DNA of 64,000 bases from Selaginella moellendorffii (Eukaryota; Plantae; Lycopodiophyta): positions 248,001 through 312,000 of the forward strand of contig NW_003314361.1 in the NCBI RefSeq assembly GCF_000143415.4, written 5' to 3'. Positions within the stretch are counted from its first letter, which is position 1, and each line of letters opens with the position of its first letter. The notes under the pieces were generated by a model. The model made no database searches and was not told where the DNA came from. It worked only from the letters and a program-made list of their open reading frames with translations. Shown here piece by piece: positions 24,625 to 35,787 of the stretch. Position numbers and translations under genes: made by a program.

Positions 24625-25192
24625 TCTCCTTTTCCGATGGATCAAAGATTTTGAGTGAAAGGAACTAAACAAACACACACACACACACACACTCTCTCTC
24701 TCTCGCTAGCGAGCTAGAGAAGAACTATGGATGGAATGGAACTCATTCTTTTCTTTTTTCTCGTTGGGAATCTGATCAGTTGAGCTCTACACTAGGCTAG
24801 GCTATGGTGGAGGAGAATCTGGTGCGCACGCAGAGAGCGCACGAATTGGAGAGCGGGAGAAAAAAAAAGTGGGATTCTTTGGTGAAGATTTGGGCAGAGC
24901 AGCAGCAACACAGAGCGCAAGGACAGGAGAGAGTAGCAGCGAGCAAAGCGAAATGGGTGTGTTGAGAATGCTGCCGCAAAAGAAATGGCAGTGTTATAGT
25001 GTATCATGTGCATAACATGGACATTGGAGCTCTTTTATATTCCAACTCTTCGTCCCGCCATAGCCAGCCCGTCACATTGACGTGCGCACCCAGCAAAGCA
25101 ATCTCCACCGTCGCCACATTCCAAAGCCATCGGAGACGTTGAATTTCAAAAGTTTAAAATCTTACAAATTTGTGTGGGGGAGCTTCTAGGGC

Positions 25193-26912
25193 ATGGCGGC
25201 CATGGCGTGGTGTGCGCCTGGGCGATCCTTGGCGCCGCCACCATGGCGATCGCAGCAGCTTGAGAATCGTCCTCCAGCTCGATTTCACCATGTCCGCGCG
25301 GCGGCCGGGAGGAATTTCGACGATCAACAGCCGATGGACGCCGAGCCCAATTGCGACAGCGATGAGAGGCTCCGCTCTGGGCCTTTTTCGTTCGTCACCG
25401 ATAATGCGTCTAGCCGGGGCTCACTCCAGATGCCCAATGAGCCGTGGCAAGATGGAAACGTTGGTGTCATGATGTCGGTAAGCTTTTTCTTTGGCAATTT
25501 GGTTGCAAAGAAATTTTTCGTGCTGTGTCTCTCTCGACAGCAAATCAAGGACAAAGGAAGAGACTTTGGATCGTTCATGGATGTTGGAGAATTTAGCTGG
25601 TTCGTTCGAGAAACAGGTTCGACTTTCATCTATATCGCTTGAGACTGGTACGCATGTTTTCCGAAACCAAGCAGGATCAAAGAGTGCAAAAAAGGGAACA
25701 ATCGTGTTCCTTCACGGAGCACCTTCTCAATCCTACAGCTATCGAAATGTTATGACCCAGGTATTGCGATTCTTTTCTCCTTTTCCGAGCTAGAGAGTAG
25801 TAATGGTTTTGCAGATGGCTGATGCTGGCTATCGCTGCATTGCTCCCGACTGGCTTGGTTTCGGACTCAGCCAAGCACCGCAGCCTGTTTTCAGGTTTTC
25901 CTACACAGGTTTTCTTCCTAGAGCTATGTGTTGTAACCCCCCCAATTTTGAGAACTCTCAGGAATCATGATGGGATCATGCAGAGGAAGCATATCACGAG
26001 GAGCTGAACAAGGTGCTCGCACAAGTCGAAGTAGAATCACCATTTATTCTCGTCACTCAGGCAAGCAAATCTAGATTTTCGTGACTTATATGTTTGAAAC
26101 AAACAAGCAGGGATTTCTTGTTGGATCTTTTGGACTAACGTGGGCCCTTAAGAACACGGAAAGAGTTTCCAAGCTGGTGATCTTAAACACCCCGCTGACA
26201 CCATCGGCTCCACTGCCTGGTCTGTTCAATCAGCTGAGGTACTTCTTCTTTCTCCTCGAAGTTTGGAAATGATACTATAATGCTACCCACTCAGGCTTCC
26301 GTTCCTTGGAGAATTCATATCTCAGGACGCCATGATGGCCGAAAAGTTTATAGAGAAAGGAAGTGCGTACGTATCAGTTCTCCAAGTGAGTGTTCTCGTT
26401 TTAATTGTATATGTGTACATGTAGGTATGTGCTCAAGGTGGAAAAGGCGGATGTGTATAGGCTCCCTTACTTGGGAAGCAGTGGACCTGGATTCGGTAAA
26501 TATTTCATCTTTCGACAATTATCGTTGAACTTACAAATGTGTGTGGTTGAATCTGTGCAGCGCTTCTGGAAGCTGCTCGCAAGGTTTCGTTTCCAAGCTT
26601 GATGTCAACTATTTCGGCAGGTTTCAAGAGGTAAGTTTCAAACAGTGGCTCAAGGTTGTGGATTTAACTTCGGCTTTTCAGTTGGAGCAAACCCACTCTG
26701 GTGGCATGGGGACAGGAAGATAAGTACTTGCCAAAAACCCAAGCTATGGAGTTCGAGAAGCTCAATCCAGATGTTATACGCACGGTTCTCATGGAAGGCG
26801 CTGGCCACATGCCCCAAGAAGACTGGTAAATCCTTGCTTTGTTCTCCAGTTCGCTGAATGGTTTTGTCGCAGGCCCGAGAAAGTTGTAGAAGCTCTAGCC
26901 GCTTTTCTCTAG
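25193..26912 (+). CDS. Alpha/beta-fold hydrolase (haloalkane dehalogenase-like family), probably plastid-targeted, many small exons
   Basis: Motifs GTIVFLHGAPSQSYSYR, GYRCIAPDWLGFG.S, LVAWGQEDKYL and EGAGHMPQEDWPEKV run across ~50-65 bp introns. Stop TAG at 26910-26912. Confidence 0.9.
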
Positions 26913-26943
26913 CTCCAAGAAGGAGCAATGTCTATCAAGGTTT

Positions 26944-29562
26944 TTAAATCTTTTTGCTATTGCCGAGAACGTAAACGTTGGACAGGATCACATACGGTGA
27001 GGCATCCATCTCCATGACGCTTAGCACAGCCGCTGCTTTCGATGCTCGCTCCATGTCTCGGTGGTTCTGGCAAGCTGCCAGGAGCGTCCCCCAGGCTACC
27101 TTATCCGGAAGAAATGGCATGCTCTCGATGAGTTTCTCGGCATTCTCGAGCTGCCCGGCCCGGCAAAATGCATCCAGCATGCAGCAGTAGTGCTCCTTTT
27201 GAGGCTCCACTCCAAAATCCTGGTGGAGAGAGACGAAGAAACTCCGACTGCTCTCGAGCAGGCCAATGTGGGTGCAAGCGGCGAGAACGATCACGAACGA
27301 GACTTCGTCCGGCTTTGCTCCTTCCAAGTTCATCTCGTGAAAGAAAGTGATGGCGAGCTTTGCATGGCCGTTGTGGGCGAATGCTGCGAGCAAAGAGTTA
27401 CAGGCTTTCTCGACGTGCTCACTTCCATGGTAGGGAGAGTCCATTGAAACGTTACACTTGGTCATGTTTATAAACATCTCTCTGGCTTCCTCAAGATACC
27501 CATTCTGGGCATATACGCTCACCATAGCTGCCCAAGATACCACGTCCCTCTCTACGCTTTGATCAAACACTTTCTTTGCATGGCCAACTTGGCCGCTTTG
27601 AGAGAAGCCCACCACCATTATTGTCCACGAAACCACGTCCTTGTGCGGCATTCTCTCGAAGAGTATTCCAGCCTCTCGGATATGGGCGTTTGTGACGTAT
27701 CCATTGAGCACGGTGTTCCACGATCGAGAACTCTGGTGTGGGATGAGATCGAGCAAAGCCAGAGCTCGATCCATGCGGTCCCTGCTCGAGTATCCCGCGA
27801 TCATGGTGTTCCACGAGACGGTGTCGTGCTTTGGCATCGAGCAAAACACCTCTTCGGCGAGATCGATCTGGTTGGAGCTCGAGTAAGCGACGAGCATGGA
27901 GTTCCAGGTGACAAAGCTGTGCTGTGGCATTCTCGCGAATCTCTCTCGCGCTTCCTTCGTGTGGCCTCTCTGAGCTTGTCCGGTGAGTAGCGTCGTCCAG
28001 GACACAACGTTTCGCAGCGCCATTCCATCGAAGATCTTCTCGGCCTGGACGAGAGCTCCTGCTTCACAGAGAATTCGGATCATCGTGTTCCACGACTCGA
28101 GATCTCGCGCGGGCATCCTCCAAAACGTCTCGATAGCTTCTTCGAGACAGCCACACTGGACGAACGCCGAGACCACCGCATTCCATGACACGATATCCCA
28201 CTCTGGCATCCTCTCAAACGCTGCTCGAGCCATCTCCACTCGACCATTGTGTCCGAATCCCGCCACCATCGCCGTCCACGAGACAAGGTTCGCAGCTGGA
28301 GCTCGAGCGAACATCCGCTCCGCCTCGACCATCTTTCCCTGCTCGGCTCGCGCGGAGAGAAGGCTGTTCCATGCCGCGAGATTCCACTGCGGCATGCGAT
28401 GGAAGGCGATATCTCCATCGTCGAGCTCGCCATTCTGTGCCAGCGCAGAGATTAGAGCGCTCCACGACGTCGAATCTCTTCTCTCCATCGAGTGAAAAGC
28501 CATGGCTGCCTCGTGCGTGAAGCCGGAGTTTGCATAGCCCGTGATCATCGTGTTCCACGAGATCACGTCCTTCTCGGGAATCTGCCGAAAGAGATTGATC
28601 GCTTCCTCGAGATTAAAGACCTGGATGTAAGCTACGAGCAGTGCGTTCCAGGAGTAAACGTTTGGCTCGGGGATGCAATCAAACAAGTGCTTTGCATCTG
28701 AAACGTTTCCTTTCTGGGCATACGCTGCCAGCATCGACGTGCACGAAACAACGTCCAAGCTTGGCATTCGCTCGAGAATCTTGCAAGCACTGTGGGTGGA
28801 CTCAATCTGGACGAAGGCCTGGAGTAGAGTGTTCCACGACACGATGTCTCTCTCGGGGATGTCATCAAATATGATCTTTGCAGCGCTGGTTTGATCCGTC
28901 GTCTTGGCCAGTGCTGCAAGCATCACATTCCACGAGAACTTCTCCTGCATTGGAAACTTTGAGAAGATTTCCTGAGCTGGATTTATGTTACCTGTGTTGG
29001 AAATGGCCACCAGGAGCGCGTACCAGGAAAGCCGGTCCCGCTCCGGCATGGAATCAAACAGATGCTTTGCAAGGTGGTGATGCCCGAGCTGGGCATACCC
29101 GGATATGAGCGTGTTCCACGAGCAAACGCTTTGCTGGGGCATCAGATCCAAAACTTTCACTGCGTAATAAATCTTCCTGTCTTGCAAAAAGATTTGTATG
29201 ATGGTGTTCCACGACACCAGATCCCTGCGCGGCATCTGGAAGAACACGTTCTTGGCATGATCAAGATGCCCATTTTGGGCATATGCTGCAACTAGCGAGT
29301 TCCAAGAGTGCATGTCCGGGCGAGCCAGCGAATCAAACACACAGCGCGCATCTTTCAATCGCCCACACCTGCTATACGCCCTCAGGATCTGGTTCCCCAG
29401 CAGCGTGTTGTCGCGAAATTCGCTGCGGCGAATGGATTCCCGGACCCTTTCTAGCTCCTCCACGTTCTTGGAGGTGGAGCAGGCCTGGAGGGCCTCTACA
29501 AAAGAATGGAAGGCATCGTGGCGAGGATCGCGCGACGAGAGCGAGATCCTTGATCGCATCAC
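26944..29562 (-). CDS. PLS/E-class PPR protein with ~20 tandem SS motifs
   Basis: 872-aa intronless ORF of 31-aa repeats. It ends HYCCMLDAFCRAG...MPFLPDKVAWGTLL...SPYVILSNVY, with no DYW domain. Confidence 0.95.
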   Translation of the reverse strand: MMRSRISLSSRDPRHDAFHSFVEALQACSTSKNVEELERVRESIRRSEFRDNTLLGNQILRAYSRCGRLKDARCVFDSLARPDMHSWNSLVAAYAQNGHLDHAKNVFFQMPRRDLVSWNTIIQIFLQDRKIYYAVKVLDLMPQQSVCSWNTLISGYAQLGHHHLAKHLFDSMPERDRLSWYALLVAISNTGNINPAQEIFSKFPMQEKFSWNVMLAALAKTTDQTSAAKIIFDDIPERDIVSWNTLLQAFVQIESTHSACKILERMPSLDVVSCTSMLAAYAQKGNVSDAKHLFDCIPEPNVYSWNALLVAYIQVFNLEEAINLFRQIPEKDVISWNTMITGYANSGFTHEAAMAFHSMERRDSTSWSALISALAQNGELDDGDIAFHRMPQWNLAAWNSLLSARAEQGKMVEAERMFARAPAANLVSWTAMVAGFGHNGRVEMARAAFERMPEWDIVSWNAVVSAFVQCGCLEEAIETFWRMPARDLESWNTMIRILCEAGALVQAEKIFDGMALRNVVSWTTLLTGQAQRGHTKEARERFARMPQHSFVTWNSMLVAYSSSNQIDLAEEVFCSMPKHDTVSWNTMIAGYSSRDRMDRALALLDLIPHQSSRSWNTVLNGYVTNAHIREAGILFERMPHKDVVSWTIMVVGFSQSGQVGHAKKVFDQSVERDVVSWAAMVSVYAQNGYLEEAREMFINMTKCNVSMDSPYHGSEHVEKACNSLLAAFAHNGHAKLAITFFHEMNLEGAKPDEVSFVIVLAACTHIGLLESSRSFFVSLHQDFGVEPQKEHYCCMLDAFCRAGQLENAEKLIESMPFLPDKVAWGTLLAACQNHRDMERASKAAAVLSVMEMDASPYVILSNVYVLGNSKKI

Positions 29563-30036
29563 TCGCCATGAATGCGGGCGAGCAGTGGAGAAGATCTATA
29601 TCTAAAGTTCACACTCCCAAAGAAATAAAAGAGGCTTGCTATTCCAAAAGATCAAACTTTGTATGACGGTGTTCCCTCAAGATCTCTTGAAGCTCGAGCT
29701 AAGATCTCTTGAAGCTTCATTCTACTGATGACACGGGTTACAGGTAGCCCATTCTCCGCGGCCGGTGTAAAAGTATCAAATTTAGTGTACCTGTGCATGA
29801 AAAGGAAAGAAAAACGATGGCGTCAATCTTTTTTATTTCAACGAAAAAGAAAACATACCAAGTTCCCGTCAGTCCATCGACAAGCCCGTTAACTCGGTCT
29901 CCAGTAATACAGCCATTCTCCATGATGTCGTCCGCTTCTCCATCTCAGCCCGCTACTTTGCTGCTGCTGCTGCTTCGACATCTCAGGATCGAACACGGTG
30001 CCAACAAGCCAGTTATCCGTGGTAACTTTTCTGGCA

Positions 30037-30154
30037 CCGCTCTAGCTTCCTTGACACCGCTCAATGCCGCTTAAAAACTGGATCATCAAAATAGCCAGCA
30101 GTCGATCGACTTTGATTTAAGCGGCATTGAGCGGTGTCAAGGAAGCTAGAGCGG
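30037..30154. repeat. Perfect 39-bp inverted repeat with a 40-nt loop
   Basis: 30037-30075 is the exact reverse complement of 30116-30154. Confidence 0.95.
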
Positions 30155-30710
30155 GAGGAGAGGAGAGGTAAGTTGGCCCCCAGCGCCGCCGCCATCCACC
30201 AAAGACGGTACCGCGAAGCCCACAAAGCAGCACCAACAAGCTCTCCTCGTTGCCATGGAGCTGCTAGAGCGCCGCCACCTTCAAGTGCTTCTTCCACAAG
30301 GCAAGACACAATACTAGCTGGAGGCCAAGGAGGGCTGGCTCGCCGCCTCCTTTTCTTGTTTGCGGATCGAACATGGTGCCAGTGCGAAAAGCCACTCACG
30401 TGCGGCCCTTCGACGCAATGAGGTTAGCGCCGCCGCTGGTCATCTCGGACGCGGAGCTGGAGCAGTGCGTGGTGAGCTGCATTTCTTCGCTGGATTGACG
30501 GAGAGCTTTCGTGTCACATTCCAGAAGCTGGGATTAGAGCGAAATGAAGGATCAATCCATGGGAAGTCCGTGAGCTCTGAGTCGAGGAACACTACAAACA
30601 CGAACTCAAGTCGAGGAACCCTTCTTGACTACGAATTTTGTGTAGTGGATGATCGCTTCGTCAAGGAAATTTGGGCCCACGAGAGCCGTGGCCGAGTTGG
30701 AGGTCCCGCG

Positions 30711-30717
30711 TATAAAG
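30711..30717 (+). promoter_or_regulatory. TATA box of the CVNH gene
   Basis: TATAAAG 64 bp upstream of the ATG, followed by a CT-rich leader. Confidence 0.6.
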
Positions 30718-30774
30718 TAGAAGCTCTCGCTTCTTCACATTACACATATTCTCTACGCTCTCCGCTCTCCGCAA

Positions 30775-31426
30775 ATGGCTCCTCGTCTCCTCACACTTTT
30801 GATCTTGGTGGTGGTGACTCTGGGAGTGATTGAAGTGAGTGCTCTCGATCCTTGTTCGCCACAATAGCTCTGATAGATAGATATCTCACGTTTTGATCTA
30901 CAATCTTCCATTTTAGATAGACATCTCAATGTTTATTCCATGCTAGATATATTCCATCTCACTTTCCATGCGAGATATATCTCACGTTTAGATCTCAATT
31001 TCGCAATATCTCACTGTTGGATTGATAGAAAGATATCTCGATCACGTGTTTATCTCAATCTTGATCCAGATGTTTCAAGTTTGATCCAATCTTTTCTTAC
31101 GTGAGTGTCTGTTTGTTGTGCAGGCCCAGTGCGATTTCTCCCGATCCTGCAGCGGCATAACTTATGGCGGCAGCACCCTGATTGCAAACTGCGTGAACCA
31201 AGCCGGTGCCACGGTGCGCTCGCAGATTGATCTAAACACCTGCGTGGGCAACAACAATGGGCAGCTCGACTGCTCGAGCGGCTACTTCCAGTCGTGCGCC
31301 GGTATCCAGTACTCGGGCACCACCGTCAGTGCGACGTGCCCCAGCGTCTCCAACCAGCCCATCTTCTCTTCGCGCGACCTCAACAGTTGCGTCCGAAACA
31401 GCAATGGCAACCTCCAGTGTTGCTGA
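30775..31426 (+). CDS. Secreted cyanovirin-N homologue (CVNH lectin), 2 exons, 120 aa
   Basis: Exon 1 (30775-30834) encodes a signal peptide MAPRLLTLLILVVVTLGVIE. A GTGAGT...TGCAG intron follows. Exon 2 (31124-31426) has two ~50-aa repeats, F..SC....Y.G....A.C........S..DLN.CV.N.NG.L, matching the cyanovirin-N pattern. Confidence 0.9.
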
Positions 31427-31694
31427 GAATCGCATATCTCATGTATGCGGTGATTAGAGGCTGGTTGTGTAGTAACAATTTAGGCCTCATGAAATAAAAT
31501 GCGGTGATGATCTCTTTAACTGTTCTATGATTTTTGTCAAGAGTAATGAGAAGTAGTAGTTTTTTTTGTATCATGGCAATGAGCTATGGATGTATGAAAT
31601 CAGTAGATCATCCCAAATGAAATAAATGAGAATTAGTGTGGCTTTCATATAAGTTTACAGCAATTAGCTATAGAATTTTGCGATCTTTCCCCTT

Positions 31695-31808
31695 GACGGG
31701 GACAATTATGTGTTTCCCTTCGCGGCTATGATCAAAAACGTGTTTCTCACTGACCAATGACCAGGGCTTGCCGTTTGCGATCATAGGAAACACTTAATTG
31801 TCCTTGTC
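31695..31808 (+). other. Imperfect fold-back hairpin (pre-miRNA-like or tiny MITE)
   Basis: GACGGGGACAATTATGTGTTTCC pairs with GGAAACACTTAATTGTCCTTGTC, and the inner CTATGATC pairs with GATCATAG. Confidence 0.6.
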
Positions 31809-33699
31809 TGCCATCCTCCATAGTTTAGGTCCATTATTTCTGGGAAAAATCTCATGAACTCTTTGAATGAAAGTGTAGAAATGAATGAAAATAACAAAAA
31901 TCTATCGCTCATTGTCATTAAACTTATATAAAAGAATCTTTCCCAGAAAGAATGGTCTTTGCATGGTCAGTTGATATTGTCTACAAGCAGTAATACATAC
32001 CTCACCAGCTATTGGAGCATCCACTTATATGGCCCTGTTCCTTAAGCTATTGTGACCTTATACCAGCATTATGCTTCCTTAGAATGAAGGTTGAGTGACA
32101 CCTCCTTCATCAAGAACCAAGCAACCGAGGCCTGTCGTCGATTATAACTTTAATGTTGCATTACCCTTTGACTATAACTTGGGAACTGATGTTGTTTGGC
32201 TTTCACCTCCAACGACATCATCCATCACCAGCATAAGTATTAATATCTTTTTAAATGCTTCTTGGTTTGCTCTTGTTATGTTCTTGCTGGCTATAATGGC
32301 CATTGTCACTCACATCAAACACATTTAAATTAATTATATATTTCTAGAATTCACATTTATAAATTTTGTAAATTTTTGCATAATTTTTTCATATTTTTTA
32401 TATATAAATAAAAGTATGTTTTTCTCTGTTCAATATACTAATATATGGTACTTTTAATCCTTTTGATTCTTTGTAATCATAATTGTAATCTATATTTTCT
32501 ATTATTGTTGAGATATCTTGAATGATATATTATTAAAATTTAATATTAGTTTAATTTTTTTTATAATGTATATAGTATGCACATATTTAGATTTTTTCAG
32601 AAGTTTATATATAGTATCGCGCATATCGTATATAGTTTCTTTAAAAATTCAGTCAAAGGTATATATATAGTCAATAAAAAAATATAAATATTTGATATAT
32701 ATTGAATATAAAATATGCTAACACCAATTTTTGTATAAAACATATATAACCTATGTTTTTTATTTATCTATCATTAAAAATGAAAAAAAGACAACTCATA
32801 ATTAAAAATCTGTTAAAGTTGTTAAAACACTTTTACTTACAAAATCACTCAATATGGTCTTTTCCATTGAGTAGCCAAATTACATATTGTAAGCTTAGGA
32901 AAATAACTAATACTGAATTATCTACTTTGTAGACTCTATTAAACCACACAAAAAAACACTTGTTAAATATTAATTCCAAAACTTGACATTAGCAACTTCT
33001 TGTAATTGTGAAGATAGACCTATGTCTACTATTACTATAAAATACAAAATGGTATATATTCATCCACTTATAGACTCCATTTGAAGCAACAGAATAATAA
33101 TTATCAAATATTTATATATTTATTGGAGGTACTATGCTTGTTGTGACATTCAAACCCTAAACCTGATTTGAACCCAAGAACTGCTATGCATATCTATCTA
33201 TATATATATATATATATGCATGAGCATTATATGCCGAAATTAGTTTCTTAGAACTAAAGGGTTGAATAGATTAACTTCCATGGATTTTATAAAAGTAGGG
33301 TTTCTAGGAATTTGTACTCAAAACAAATTCTTTTTGTATTTTATCTTTAATCTTGTCTTTTACCTCATCATCTCCTTCTCTCACCACCATGCTCTTGAAA
33401 ATTATAACAACTTCTAGTAGTTCTGAAAACAAATCCATGAAGGAGATTATTGCCCCTCATTCCCACCATTAGCCCAAAACCTTATATATGAGTCCAATCT
33501 CACAAAATTTACTATACCAATTATAGTATATACCATCATTAAAAACTAATATTATGTTTTTTGAATATACAAAAGTATGCTCCTAAAAATTTAAATATTA
33601 ATTCTGTTTCATTATTACTATAATATCTTTCTAGCTTTCTTTCTGATTAGCTTAATATGAGACAATATCACTAGATAACCTCAATAGTTTTGAGCTTCA

Positions 33700-35787
33700 T
33701 ATTAAATGCAACTTTGAGTAGATTATGAACCACACATGTTTAAGTAGATTTAATAGTTATATATTTTTATTCCTATATTTAATATTTATTTTATTCTTAA
33801 TACATTGTAAAACAAAATTACATTAAAAATCCAAACTCTCCATAGCAGCAAAAGTCGTGATATGAACCACACACTTTCTTGCCTAGTAGGTGGCTTACAC
33901 ATTATTGCAATTGCTTAAGGTGCTATACTTTTGGCCATAAGGATGGGTTGTTGCCTCATTTTCCATATAAAAGTTTGAGTTATAGTAATTAGACATGCTT
34001 TTGTGAAACTTTATCACTAATACCTCAACATTAATGTGATTAGTTTTAAATAGAAATGTTGTAAACTGGTCTATAAATGTTTAAATAAGTATTTATTTGA
34101 GGTGTTAATTAGAGATCATCACTTCTACTTAATAAACAAGATAGAGATTGTGGAAAAGTTTACATGAATTGCTAATAACACACTAGATAATATTTTAAAG
34201 GTAAGAAAATAAATGAAAAGCAATGGTTTTGATTTTCTTCCACAACAGAACTTCTTGAAATTTGTATCAGAATATATATAAATTATAAGATTTTATTTTG
34301 TTTTTAAACTTTCAAAACCTTTGGCCGTTACATGGGCATTTTCAAAGTTCCAAGCATATCTTTATGGATTTGATACATTGCTTGAGACTAATTATATGGC
34401 TGTAACATCAATTTTTAAGTGTAAGAATCTATAAGGTTGGTTAGTAAGATGGGCATTAACACTTCAAGACTATAGATTTACAGTGGTGCATTTTCTTGAG
34501 TATAATATGGTTGTTGTGGATGCTCTATCTCGTGCACCATTGGTGGTGGCACCAATGGAGGGTTTGCCTCCTCCACTTCCAGAAAATGCGTTGCCCAGCC
34601 ATGAGTAGGTAGTGACTGCTTAAAAGGAGGAGCCTTGGATTTGTTAGTTGCAAATGTGTTGGATGGCAATGAGCCATGTGATGATCAAAACGTTTTGGTA
34701 TATATGCCAAAAAGTTTAAAATTGTTAAGATATGCTGGTGTATATTGGTGATAGTGCTAAATATCACTTTGTTGCACTAAATATTTACATCAACTCATGA
34801 TTATAGTTTTTCTATGTTAGTCTTATGTTTGGGCATTTGGGATATCACAAAATATTGGAAAACATTTTTCATTAGTTGTATTGGCCTCAGTTACAACAAG
34901 ATGTCTCAGAGTATATCAAGACTTATTAATATTTCAACATATCCACAATGCCACCTAGGGGGTTGTTAGAACCAATTCAAGTTTTACAACCATTTGAATT
35001 GGTTGTGTATGACTTGATGGGCCATTTCTAAAGTCTTCTACGGGATATTAGTATGTTATCACTGCATTTAATTACCTTATTTGGTGGGTTGAAGTGTGTG
35101 CACTACTAGATGCAACAACAAATTCCATTGCACAATTCCTTGTGCAAATGGACATGATTGTCCTAAGCATATCCTTTTGGATCAAGGTTGTGGCCTAGCT
35201 TCTGAAGTCCTCAAAGTGCTGATGTTGGGGCTCAACATTAAACAATCATTTACATCAACTTATCATCCTGAGACAAATGTATGGTTGGAATGGCTCAATC
35301 AGACATTCAAAGGAATGTTTGTAAAATATGTAAATCTGCAACATTTAAATTGGAATAGGTGGTTGCCATATCTTTAATTTGCATATGTTTCAGTGCCACA
35401 AAGTCTATAGAGATATTGCCATTTTGTGCAGTATTTGGGAGAGAACTTGTTTTGCCTCTTACAGTTGGATTGATGCCAATAACGCCATGCTATCTAGAGG
35501 GGAATGCATGGTTGGAGTATTTGGATCATATTCTACCTATACTATATGTCTAATCTTTGGAGTCTTTAGCACGAACATAAGAGTATTAGAGGCATTCATA
35601 TAATACATAACATAACACACCACTATAGTACCAATTAGGTGATTTGGTGTTGGTGAAGTTTCTTTGACTTAGGGATCAATGTCATGTAGCTGGTTTACTT
35701 CCTTGATAGATTGGATGCTTAGCTTGGTCCACAAGTGTATTGTTTGATTCGAGTTGATAGGCAACATAATTCACAACATATAGCACA
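33700..35787 (+). mobile_element. Old degenerate Ty3/Gypsy pol relic (RT/RNaseH/integrase), resuming at 44290-~44475
   Basis: Broken frames read RWALTLQDY...VVDALSRAP, GHLGYHK...YWPQLQQDV, PFELV.YDLMG and TSTYHPETN. The left boundary is approximate. Confidence 0.8.

Noticed and set aside
30126-30140. miR170/171-like 15-mer (ATTGAGCGGTGTCAA) in the hairpin arm
   Set aside because: Both ends of the 21-mer differ from the family sequence as I recall it, so it cannot be called miR171.
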